Shown here in pieces: positions 1 through 8,625 of a stretch of DNA of 35,158 bases; position 1 is the first letter of the stretch; each line of letters starts with the position of its first letter. This stretch comes from a virus (Duplodnaviria > Heunggongvirae > Uroviricota > Caudoviricetes), in IMG/VR virus record IMGVR_UViG_3300000176_000003, positions 64,001 to 99,158 of that record. One strand, written 5' to 3'. Under the pieces are notes generated by a model. That model was not told where the DNA came from and made no database searches. It saw only the letters and a program-made list of their open reading frames with translations. The position numbers and the translations under genes were made by a program.

Positions 1-2
1 CG

Positions 3-326
3 AAAGTCGTATGCGTGCTTTGTCAATCATCGATGAAGGAACTTCACTCACATTTACTGAGGAAGCATAATATGACTGTAACTGAGTATAAAGCACAATT
101 TCCGGGGAACGAAACTCGTTGTCAATCACTCATCAAAGCACAAAAGATTATAGAATTTGATGGAACGTATTGGCATAATGAACAAGTTGCAAATCCAACT
201 GGGGAAAAAGAAAGAGACGAACAAATACTATTTTCAGGATACATGCTTCTACACGTATCAGAATTTGAGTACAAGAAAAACCGAGAGAAGGTATTGGAAG
301 AATGCATAAAATTTCTGATACAGTAG
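3..326 (+). CDS. Vsr-like/PD-(D/E)XK (EDxHD-type) homing endonuclease, 5'-partial and probably internally deleted, lying between halves of terL split intein 1
   Basis: The frame is open to the window edge (KVVCVLC...SHLLRKH, Zn-finger-like). It has IIEFDGTYWH...RDEQI..GY.LLHVSE motifs, and its 3' end overlaps the IntC start by 25 nt. Confidence 0.7.
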   Translation, partial: KVVCVLCQSSMKELHSHLLRKHNMTVTEYKAQFPGNETRCQSLIKAQKIIEFDGTYWHNEQVANPTGEKERDEQILFSGYMLLHVSEFEYKKNREKVLEECIKFLIQ

Positions 327-673
327 AACGAAAATTCATAGATAGTGTAGATATTGATGAATATGAAATCTGGACAGATTCTGGGTGGCAAGATATATCT
401 GCTATTCATAAAACTGTGGAATATGAACGTTGGATTATTAAAACAGAACGTGGGTTATATTTAGAATGTGCAGATAAGCACATTATTTTCAATGACAAAA
501 TGGAAGAAATTTTTATTGAAAATTGTATTCCACATAATACAAAGATTACAACAGAATATGGTTCAGATTTAGTAATAGAATGTTATAAGACTGATATTAT
601 AGAACCTATGTTTGATATTACCGTTGATAGCGAAGACCATAGATTTTACTCTAATGGCATTCTAAGCCACAAC
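302..673 (+). mobile_element. Split intein 1, C-half (124 aa), +1 Thr; N-half lies upstream of the window
   Basis: Block B LECADKH, block F MFDITVD and block G YSNGILSHN|T are present. There is no block A Cys1 in this ORF. Confidence 0.88.
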
Positions 674-1303
674 ACAACCACAGTGGCCGCGCTTCTTCTA
701 TGGTATATTCTTTTTCAAGATAGTTTCTCTATTGCCATTCTAGCAAATAAAGAAAGACAGTCAAGAGAAATTCTATCTCGTATTCAGCTTGCCTTTGAGC
801 ATTTACCTAAGTGGTTGCAACAGGGGGTTATCCAATGGAATAAAGGTAATATTGAATTAGAAAATGGTTCGAAGATTCTATCATCTTCAACATCATCATC
901 CGCTATTCGTGGGGGTTCGTTTAACCTAATTTATCTTGATGAATTTGCGTTCGTTCCAAATAATCTACAAGAAGAATTCTTCGCCTCAGTATATCCTACA
1001 ATTTCGTCTGGTCAATCCTCTAAGGTATTGATTACATCTACTCCAAACGGAATGAATATGTTCTATAAGATTTGGACAGATTCTGAAGAGGGAAGAAACC
1101 GATATCAAAGAGTTTCTGTACATTGGTCTGATGTTCCTGGTCGGGACGATGTCTGGAAAGACGAAACCATATCCAACACATCAGAACGCCAATTCGATCA
1201 AGAATTTAATTGTTTTTCCTCTGAAACTCTTGTTTATATAAACAATCAAGAACAAACCATAGGAGATTTATACGATGAGCTTATCAAAGAAAGCATTAAC
1301 TAA
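302..1303 (+). CDS. gp17: Terminase large subunit, middle fragment: IntC-1 + ATPase extein + IntN-2
   Basis: The extein begins TTTVAALLLW (right after the Walker A GK) and contains Walker B LIYLDEFAF and ITSTPNG. It ends QEFN followed by a Cys-initiated intein N-half. Confidence 0.93.
   Translation: MHKISDTVERKFIDSVDIDEYEIWTDSGWQDISAIHKTVEYERWIIKTERGLYLECADKHIIFNDKMEEIFIENCIPHNTKITTEYGSDLVIECYKTDIIEPMFDITVDSEDHRFYSNGILSHNTTTVAALLLWYILFQDSFSIAILANKERQSREILSRIQLAFEHLPKWLQQGVIQWNKGNIELENGSKILSSSTSSSAIRGGSFNLIYLDEFAFVPNNLQEEFFASVYPTISSGQSSKVLITSTPNGMNMFYKIWTDSEEGRNRYQRVSVHWSDVPGRDDVWKDETISNTSERQFDQEFNCFSSETLVYINNQEQTIGDLYDELIKESIN
1211..1300 (+). mobile_element. Split intein 2, N-half (30 aa, CFSSETLVYINNQEQTIGDLYDELIKESIN)
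   Basis: A block A-like CF..ET.V...I.DLY follows QEFN directly and is followed by TAA. Confidence 0.88.
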
Positions 1304-1580
1304 AATTATTACAAAAAGTGAGCTTGAATATCTTTATTTTGATAAATTAATGACTCTTGACGAAATTGGCAGACATTATGGATATATTGACAGACAGCCA
1401 ATTATGAGACTGTTCAAAAAACATAACATACAATCTAGAACAAAATCAGAAAATGCAAAACTTATTAATACCAATACCGATTTACCAAAATATATTGTTG
1501 AAAAGTTTTTAAAAGAAGATGATTATATCAAAAATCCAGAAAAAGTAGTAGAAGAATGTCTAAACTTCCTGAAACAGTAG
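1275..1580 (+). pseudogene. Homing endonuclease remnant: HTH domain plus last ~20 aa of a Vsr-like nuclease, catalytic core absent
   Basis: The N-terminal HTH resembles the repeats in 13051..14445. The C-terminus EDDYIKNPEKVVEECLNFLKQ matches EFEYKKNREKVLEECIKFLIQ of 3..326. No IEFDG.YWH motif. Confidence 0.7.
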
Positions 1581-1903
1581 TGTTAAATAAAAAGAATTTA
1601 AAAATTCTTACGCCAAATGGATATGAAACGTTTCTTGGTGTAAACAAAATCACAAAACCCCAATATGTTCATTTAAAATTTTCAAATGGAAAAGAACTTA
1701 AGTGTTCTGAAGATCATCCAATATTAACTATTGATGGTATAGTAAAAGCTAAAAATTTAGACAAAAAAACAGAAATCTCCACTAAAAACGGAGGTTGTTT
1801 TGTCGTATCTAAAAGAAACATAAAAAAACAAATTTTTCTTTATGATATTGTAAATTCTGGAAAAGACCATTTATATTACAGTAATGATATAGTTTCTCAT
1901 AAT
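1556..1903 (+). mobile_element. Split intein 2, C-half (116 aa), +1 Cys
   Basis: Block B LKCSEDHP, block F LYDIVN and block G YSNDIVSHN|C are present. The QEFx|CEFL site matches my recollection of AceL-/GOS-TerL atypical split inteins. Confidence 0.9.
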
Positions 1904-3835
1904 TGTGAGTTCTTAGGCTCTTCTAATACACTAATTGATGGAAAAAAACTTCAACAATTGACATATAGAACCCCACTATTTACTTCGGGTGGTGTAGATG
2001 TCTATGAGAACCCAGAGAAAAATAAAAAGTATATTACAGTAGTAGATACTTCTCGTGGTGTAGATATCGATTATTCTGCATTTATTGTCTTTGATGTAAC
2101 ACAAGTTCCATATAATATCGTAGCCAAATTTAGAGCTAATGATATCTCTCCATTACTTTACCCAAATATTATTCATCAAGTATCAACACATTACAATAAT
2201 GCATTAGCTCTTATAGAAACTAATGATATTGGACAACAAGTCGCAGATATTCTACATATGGACTTAGAATATGATGGTGTTATTGTAACACAAACCAAAG
2301 GTAGAGCCGGTCAAAAAATTGGTGGTGGATTTGGTTCTGGTGGAGGAAAATCTAAACCACAGTTTGGTGTTAGAACAACAAGGCAAGTAAAAAGAATTGG
2401 TTGTGGTAACTTTAAGACTCTAGTAGAGAGCGATAAACTCATTGTTAATGATTATGATCTTCTATATGAGATGGCAAGATTTATTGAAAATAAAGCCTCA
2501 TATGAAGCAGAAGAGGGTCATCATGATGACCTCGTAATGTGCTGTATTCATGGGTCTAATATGATTGAAACTGAGGATGGCCAAAAAACCATGCGATGGG
2601 TTGTTGAAAATAAGTATACCGGAAAAGTACTATCCTTAAATGCAGCGGGAGAATTTGAATGGAAATCTGTAATTGGCCATTCAGCTAAAGAGAATTCTGG
2701 AAAAAATAAAAAGACCTGGATTACATTAGGAGAAGCTGCCTCAGGAAGAAAGCGACTTATTTGTACTACAGATCATAAATGCGCTACAGTAAGTGATATA
2801 TTCAATCCAGAAATTGAATATTTAGAAGCCGACAAATTAGATGGAAAATATATTGTCAAATTTCCTAATACAAAAAAACATGGATTTCAAACTTTAAACC
2901 CAAGTTATAACAAAGATCAAGTTTCTGTTATATTGGGTATACAATTGGGTGATGGACATATTAACAGAAAGGGGAAATTTTCAACTGCTCATGGCGAAAA
3001 ACAAAATGAGTATTCTCGGTATATACAAAGTATATTGGGAGGAAACTTAACGTACAATAAAAAGAACCAATCTCGATTAGAATTTAATACGACAGAACAA
3101 ACACACAAATTGCGTGAGTTGATGTATATTGACGGGAAAAAAACTATAAAAAACATCTATAAGATGATAGACGAAATTAGTTTAGCTTTTTGGTATATGG
3201 ATGACGGACATTTAAAATTATCAAAAGGTTGCATAAATTATTCTGTAGAACTTTGTACCGATTCATTTTCATACGAAGATCATTTATTATTAAAAGAAGT
3301 TTTGTTTGAAAAATTCAATATAAATTCTAGTATAATAAACATAAAAAAATCTCCTATGCAATATAGACTAAGAATAGGAACTGAAAGTAGTAAAACCTTT
3401 TTTGATTTAATCGCTCCTTATGTATGTAAGAATATGGAATATAAAATTCCAGAAAATTATAGAACAATAGAATTAAAACCTATAAACAATTCTTATTTGG
3501 ATTATAGTATTGTAAAGGCAAATGTTTTTTATAGAAATCAAATGGGGCTGGAAAGCAAATTGTATGATATTGAAGTTGAGGGCAACCATAACTTTGTTGT
3601 TAACAACACTTTGGTTCATAATTGTGTATTGTTTGCGTGGCTTGTTAACCAATCATATTTTAAAGAATTGACCGATACTGATGTTAGAAGCAATTTAGTT
3701 CAAGATAATAATGCATTATTGGATGATGATATGCTTCCTTTTGGAATGATGGATTTTGGAGATGACGAACATGCTGAATGGAAAGCTGATCCGTTTTATG
3801 ACTTAGACTTTGGGCCACATAAAGATTATTTCTAA
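1556..3835 (+). CDS. gp17: Terminase large subunit, C-terminal fragment: IntC-2 + nuclease domain containing a cis intein
   Basis: The extein runs CEFLGSSNTLI...VDTSRG...IETNDIG...HDDLVMC|CVLFAW, giving the RNase H-like terminase nuclease motifs. Confidence 0.93.
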   Translation: MSKLPETVVLNKKNLKILTPNGYETFLGVNKITKPQYVHLKFSNGKELKCSEDHPILTIDGIVKAKNLDKKTEISTKNGGCFVVSKRNIKKQIFLYDIVNSGKDHLYYSNDIVSHNCEFLGSSNTLIDGKKLQQLTYRTPLFTSGGVDVYENPEKNKKYITVVDTSRGVDIDYSAFIVFDVTQVPYNIVAKFRANDISPLLYPNIIHQVSTHYNNALALIETNDIGQQVADILHMDLEYDGVIVTQTKGRAGQKIGGGFGSGGGKSKPQFGVRTTRQVKRIGCGNFKTLVESDKLIVNDYDLLYEMARFIENKASYEAEEGHHDDLVMCCIHGSNMIETEDGQKTMRWVVENKYTGKVLSLNAAGEFEWKSVIGHSAKENSGKNKKTWITLGEAASGRKRLICTTDHKCATVSDIFNPEIEYLEADKLDGKYIVKFPNTKKHGFQTLNPSYNKDQVSVILGIQLGDGHINRKGKFSTAHGEKQNEYSRYIQSILGGNLTYNKKNQSRLEFNTTEQTHKLRELMYIDGKKTIKNIYKMIDEISLAFWYMDDGHLKLSKGCINYSVELCTDSFSYEDHLLLKEVLFEKFNINSSIINIKKSPMQYRLRIGTESSKTFFDLIAPYVCKNMEYKIPENYRTIELKPINNSYLDYSIVKANVFYRNQMGLESKLYDIEVEGNHNFVVNNTLVHNCVLFAWLVNQSYFKELTDTDVRSNLVQDNNALLDDDMLPFGMMDFGDDEHAEWKADPFYDLDFGPHKDYF
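2543..3622 (+). mobile_element. Cis-splicing intein (360 aa) with LAGLIDADG endonuclease
   Basis: It starts CIHG and contains block B CTTDH, LAGLIDADG motifs LGIQLGDGH and LAFWYMDDG, block F LYDIEV and VHN|C. Confidence 0.92.
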
Positions 3836-3846
3836 GATTTGTTTTT

Positions 3847-3854
3847 TATAAATA
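3847..3854 (+). promoter_or_regulatory. T4-type late promoter
   Basis: Exact TATAAATA upstream of the AAGGAG RBS of gp18. Confidence 0.8.
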
Positions 3855-3899
3855 ATATCGAGATAAGATTATTTAGTTTCTTACATAAAGGAGAGAGAA

Positions 3900-6026
3900 A
3901 TGGCAATTCAAGTCAGCCCAGGCGTTAATATTAGCGAAATTGATCTAACAACAGTAGTTCCAGCAGTATCTACCACAACCGGCGCGTTAGCTGGTATTTT
4001 TGCTTGGGGTCCAGCTAATGTAAGAACATTAGTAAATTCTGAAGTCAATCTTACATCAATTTTTGGCAATCCAACAGATTCAAACTACGAAACATTCTTT
4101 ACAGCAGCAAACTTCCTATCATATGGCAATAGCTTATATGTAGTGCGTTCTGTTGAATCTGGAAGTTCTGTACCAGCAAATAATGCTTATAACGCATTTG
4201 CGAATACAGCATCTGCCGCAAACGTAGTTGTTCTAAACTCAGACGATTTTAACAATCAAAGCGCATCTCTATCATCAAGTATTGCTTATCTAGCAAAGTA
4301 TCCAGGCGCTCTAGGAAATAGCTTAAAGATTTCTGTCTGCGATAGTGTAAACGCATTCTCCCAAATAGTATCAGTAGCTACTGTAAACTCAGCAGCTTCA
4401 AATTCAGCAACATCATTTAATATTTCTGTTGTTGCGGGAGCAAACTCTGCTACAGTTACATTAACTTCAAACGGTGTTTCTGGTACTGCAAATGCTGGTC
4501 TTCAAGCTCTATCAAACTTTATTACTAATGGTGATATCATTACTATTGGAAATACTACAATTGGGACTCAAACTGTTAAGGTTACAGGATATACCGTAAG
4601 TGCCAATATTGAAGTTGCTGGTTCAGGAGCTAATGCTTTCACACAATACGCAACATTAAATCTTGCTGATCCAATTATCCTACCATACTCAGGGACTCTA
4701 ACTCAAGCATCAACTACTTCATATTGGGAATATTACAATAAAGTTAGTGCAGCCCCAACAACTTCACATTATCTAGCAGTTAAGGGTCTAACTGCTGTCG
4801 ATACACTCCACGTAGTTGTAGTAGACCAAAATGGTGCATTTACCGGTAAGCCAGGAACAATTCTTGAAGTATTCGAGGCTCTATCTAGAGCAACCGATGC
4901 TAAGACAGATCAAGGTGCCACAAATTATTATAAAACAGTATTGAATAATAATTCAAATTACATTTGGGCTGTATCTGATCGATCAGGTGCTGCATCGGCT
5001 CTTTCAACTGCAGTAACTTCATCAACAAACCCAAGTCCATTTACACAAACATTTACAAATGGTAATGATGGGCTTTCTGAAAGCACATGTTCTCTATCAA
5101 CTATTACTAATGGATACGATTTCTTTAAGTCTTCTCAAGACGTAACGGTTTCTCTAGTATTGGCTGGTAAAGCTCGTGGTGTTACAGCGGAAAGCACAAC
5201 ACCTTCTGGAAGTGGTACAAGTTATGCAACAATCGCTAACTACATCATTGGAAACATTGCAAACTATCGTAAAGATTGCGTTGCATTCATTTCCCCAGCT
5301 AAGGCTGATGCTGTGGTTCAACAAGCAGGCGGTGATGCTACCACAAATGTAATCAACTTCCTTGGAACTCTAGCTACTGCATCATCATACGCAGTAATGG
5401 ATTCTGGATATAAGTATCAGTATGATAAGTATAATGATAAGTACCGTTGGGTTCCTCTAAATGGTGATATTGCTGGTACATGCGTTCGTACAGACTTCAA
5501 CAATGATCCTTGGTGGTCACCCGCCGGTTTCTCTCGTGGGCAAATCAACAATGTAATCAAGCTTGCTTATAATCCAAACCAAACACAGCGTGATGCTCTA
5601 TATAAGGCTGGTGTAAATCCAGTTGTCACATTCCCAGGACAAGGAACAATCCTTTATGGTGATAAGACTCTAATTGGGCGTCCATCTGCATTTGATCGTA
5701 TCAATGTTCGTAGATTGTTCCTAACAGTAGAAAAAGCAATTTCTATTGCTGCTCAAAGTTCACTATTCGAATTTAATGATGATTTCACAAGAGCACAATT
5801 CGTAAATCTAATCACACCATATCTTCGTGATGTACAAGGGCGTAGAGGAATTACTGCATTCAAAGTTGTTTGTGATGCAACAAATAATACACAACAAGTT
5901 ATCGATTCTAATCAGTTTGTTGGAGACATCTATATCCAACCAGCACGTTCGATTAACTTCATCCAACTAAACTTTGTTGCAGTTAGAACTGGTGTTGACT
6001 TTACTGAAATTGTTGCGTCAATTTAA
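3900..6026 (+). CDS. gp18: Tail sheath protein
   Basis: N-terminal SPGV.I.EIDLT and C-terminal PWWSPAG..RG, FDRINVRRLF and INFIQLNFVAVRTG motifs. Confidence 0.97.
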   Translation: MAIQVSPGVNISEIDLTTVVPAVSTTTGALAGIFAWGPANVRTLVNSEVNLTSIFGNPTDSNYETFFTAANFLSYGNSLYVVRSVESGSSVPANNAYNAFANTASAANVVVLNSDDFNNQSASLSSSIAYLAKYPGALGNSLKISVCDSVNAFSQIVSVATVNSAASNSATSFNISVVAGANSATVTLTSNGVSGTANAGLQALSNFITNGDIITIGNTTIGTQTVKVTGYTVSANIEVAGSGANAFTQYATLNLADPIILPYSGTLTQASTTSYWEYYNKVSAAPTTSHYLAVKGLTAVDTLHVVVVDQNGAFTGKPGTILEVFEALSRATDAKTDQGATNYYKTVLNNNSNYIWAVSDRSGAASALSTAVTSSTNPSPFTQTFTNGNDGLSESTCSLSTITNGYDFFKSSQDVTVSLVLAGKARGVTAESTTPSGSGTSYATIANYIIGNIANYRKDCVAFISPAKADAVVQQAGGDATTNVINFLGTLATASSYAVMDSGYKYQYDKYNDKYRWVPLNGDIAGTCVRTDFNNDPWWSPAGFSRGQINNVIKLAYNPNQTQRDALYKAGVNPVVTFPGQGTILYGDKTLIGRPSAFDRINVRRLFLTVEKAISIAAQSSLFEFNDDFTRAQFVNLITPYLRDVQGRRGITAFKVVCDATNNTQQVIDSNQFVGDIYIQPARSINFIQLNFVAVRTGVDFTEIVASI

Positions 6027-6051
6027 TAAATAAAAAAATAGGAGAACAACA

Positions 6052-6615
6052 ATGGCACAAAGTTTTAATGTAAACGATTTCAAGAGTGGTCTAGTATATG
6101 GCGGCGCTAGACCAACTCTATTCTCAATTCAACTAACATCCCCATCAGGTGTATCAGTTGATTTTAGAAAAGTTCCAATTCTAGCAAAAAGTTCAACTTT
6201 ACCACCATCAAATTTGGGAACAATTGGTATTCCATATTTTGGCCGTGTAGTAAAGATGGCTGGTGATCGCACTTTCCCAACTTGGGACGTTACAGTAATC
6301 AACGACGAAGATTTCAAGATCAGAAATGCTTTAGAAAATTGGTCAAACTCAATCAACAGCATGAATGGTAACGTAAGATTGAGTGGAGAAAATGTGGCAT
6401 CATATAAGACCGATGCAACAATCACACAATATTCAAAGGCTGGTGATGTATTGCGTACATATACCTTCGAGGGGTTATATCCAAAGAACATTTCTACAAT
6501 CGATCTAGGTTGGGACAAAACAGACCAAATCGAAGATTTCACAGTAACATTTGAATATGATAGTTGGACTGTTCAGGGTGGTGCTTTTGGAGCAGCCTTT
6601 AATAACCAAGGATAA
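6052..6615 (+). CDS. gp19: Tail tube protein
   Basis: GARPTLF, GDRTF..W.VTVINDEDF motifs; follows the sheath gene. Confidence 0.95.
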   Translation: MAQSFNVNDFKSGLVYGGARPTLFSIQLTSPSGVSVDFRKVPILAKSSTLPPSNLGTIGIPYFGRVVKMAGDRTFPTWDVTVINDEDFKIRNALENWSNSINSMNGNVRLSGENVASYKTDATITQYSKAGDVLRTYTFEGLYPKNISTIDLGWDKTDQIEDFTVTFEYDSWTVQGGAFGAAFNNQG

Positions 6616-6658
6616 ATACTATTGAATTAATATTTTGTTATTGTGGTAGGAGGCTCTA

Positions 6659-8422
6659 ATGGCCGGACTTGAACTTTTTGGTTTTGAAATAAAAAGAAGA
6701 CAAGAAGAAAATAAGAATATACCGTCGTTTGCACCTGTGGTGTCAGACGACGGTGCTCTTAACGTATCTGCTGGTGGTGCATATGGCACTTATCTAGATT
6801 TAGAAGGTTCTGCTAAAACTGAAGCAGAACTTGTTTCTAAGTATAGAGAAATGTCTATTCAACCAGAATGTGAAGGTGCAATTGATGATATTGTGAATGA
6901 AGCAATTGTTAAAGATGATAATCAAGAAATTGTAGATATTAATTTAGACAATTTAGACGTATCTACAAACATCAAAAATTTAATCATAGAAGAATGGAAT
7001 AACGTAGCACTATTATTGAACATCAATAATTATGGCTATGAGGTATTCAGACGTTGGTATATTGATGGTAGACTATATTACCATGTAATGATTGATGAAA
7101 CAAATCCTCGTGCTGGTATTCAGGAATTGAGATATATCGATCCTAGAACTATCAGAAAAATCAAAGCAATCAAAAGAGAACGTCGCGGCAATACGTTTGT
7201 CAATATTACCGCACAAGAATTTTATATGTATAATGAACGCGGTTTCCGTGGTGCTACTGCTACCGGTATGGATAATCAAGGAATAAGAATTTCTAAGGAC
7301 TCCATTGTTCAAGTTACATCTGGTCTTATGGATAAAGACAATCGTCTAGTTCTAGGCTATCTTCACAAGGCAATTAAGCCACTAAACCAACTTCGTATGT
7401 TGGAAGACGCAACAGTAATTTATCGTATTTCTCGCGCACCAGAGCGTCGTATTTTCTATATTGACGTAGGCAACCTTCCAAAGATGAAGGCTGAACAATA
7501 TGTTAAGGATATGATGACTCGTCATAAGAATCGTCTAGTATATGACGCCACAACAGGTGAAGTAAGAGACGACAGAAAGTTTATGACAATGCTTGAAGAC
7601 TATTGGCTACCTCGTCGTGAAGGTGGTCGTGGTACAGAAATTTCAACATTACCATCTGGGCAAAATCTAGGCGAGCTTTCCGACGTTAATTACTTCCAAA
7701 AGAAACTTTATAAGTCTCTAAATGTTCCTATGTCAAGAATCGATTCAGATTCTACTGGGTTTAATATGGGACGCGCAGCCGAAATTACTCAAGATGAACT
7801 AAAGTTCCAAAAGTATATCAACCGCCTTCATATCAGATTCTCTCAATTGTTTATGTTAGCTTTAGAAAAGCAACTACTATTGAAGGCAATTATTACATCA
7901 GAAGATTGGGAAAATTTCAAGAATAAGATTCACTTCAATTTCAAGAAAGACAATTATCATTCTGAATTGAAAGATGCTGAAATTCTTCGTGAAAGACTTA
8001 GTACACTTCAACTATTAGACCCATATGTAGGAATCTTCTATTCTCAAGAATGGATTAAGAAGAACATTCTAATGCAATCTGAAGAAGACATTTCTACTAT
8101 GAAAAAGCAAATGGAATCTGAAGAAATATTTCCATTAAGTGCTCTTGCTCAAATGCAAGCACAAGAAGATGAAGAGGCCCAAGCTGAAGCCGAAAGAAAA
8201 CCACCAGAAAAAAAAGAAACTCCTAAAAAGAGCAACACTAAGTCGAAATCAACTAAACCACCAGTAAAGCATAGTGTTGGGGGTAGAGCTACAAGTGGTG
8301 GTGATCCCGTAAGAACAGAGATTGTTAACGCAGGAAGTGGTCCATATACAAGAAATATGCCTGAAAAGTACTTCGACTGGAAGAAGCCTTTACTAAAGGC
8401 AAAAGCAAAAAATACTAAATAG
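6659..8422 (+). CDS. gp20: Portal vertex protein with a Lys-rich C-terminal extension
   Basis: WYIDGR, RAPERRIFYIDVGNLPK.KAEQY and EDYWLPRREGGRGTEI motifs. Confidence 0.97.
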   Translation: MAGLELFGFEIKRRQEENKNIPSFAPVVSDDGALNVSAGGAYGTYLDLEGSAKTEAELVSKYREMSIQPECEGAIDDIVNEAIVKDDNQEIVDINLDNLDVSTNIKNLIIEEWNNVALLLNINNYGYEVFRRWYIDGRLYYHVMIDETNPRAGIQELRYIDPRTIRKIKAIKRERRGNTFVNITAQEFYMYNERGFRGATATGMDNQGIRISKDSIVQVTSGLMDKDNRLVLGYLHKAIKPLNQLRMLEDATVIYRISRAPERRIFYIDVGNLPKMKAEQYVKDMMTRHKNRLVYDATTGEVRDDRKFMTMLEDYWLPRREGGRGTEISTLPSGQNLGELSDVNYFQKKLYKSLNVPMSRIDSDSTGFNMGRAAEITQDELKFQKYINRLHIRFSQLFMLALEKQLLLKAIITSEDWENFKNKIHFNFKKDNYHSELKDAEILRERLSTLQLLDPYVGIFYSQEWIKKNILMQSEEDISTMKKQMESEEIFPLSALAQMQAQEDEEAQAEAERKPPEKKETPKKSNTKSKSTKPPVKHSVGGRATSGGDPVRTEIVNAGSGPYTRNMPEKYFDWKKPLLKAKAKNTK

Positions 8423-8445
8423 ATTATAAAATTAGGAGTTTAATT

Positions 8446-8625
8446 ATGCCTTATACGACAGACAATATTGTAGATTATATCATGGATAAGGATCATCTGA
8501 GTGTAAAAGCTGCTGTAGACGATATTATGGCAAGTAAGATTCAAGATGCTCTAGAACTCCGTAGAGAATATGTTGGCCAATCCATGTTTAATCCAAGTTC
8601 AGAGGAAACAGATGACTCAGAATAA
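8446..8625 (+). CDS. Small acidic prohead core protein (gp67-like), 59 aa, missing from the ORF track
   Basis: Manually translated as MPYTTDNIVDYIMDKDH...KIQDALELRREYVGQSMF. It has an AGGAG RBS and sits immediately after the portal gene, as in T4-like phages. Confidence 0.7.
   Translation: MPYTTDNIVDYIMDKDHLSVKAAVDDIMASKIQDALELRREYVGQSMFNPSSEETDDSE

Noticed and set aside
21-128. 9-nt direct repeat TGTCAATCA (21..29 and 120..128)
   Set aside because: It is too short in AT-rich DNA to distinguish from chance.
1301-1555. Stop-codon readthrough or an alternative genetic code joining the terL ORFs (302 and 1556 are in the same frame)
   Set aside because: TAA at 1301 is followed within six codons by TGA in that frame. 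All three stop codons terminate normal genes elsewhere in the window, and the nrdA pieces are in different frames.
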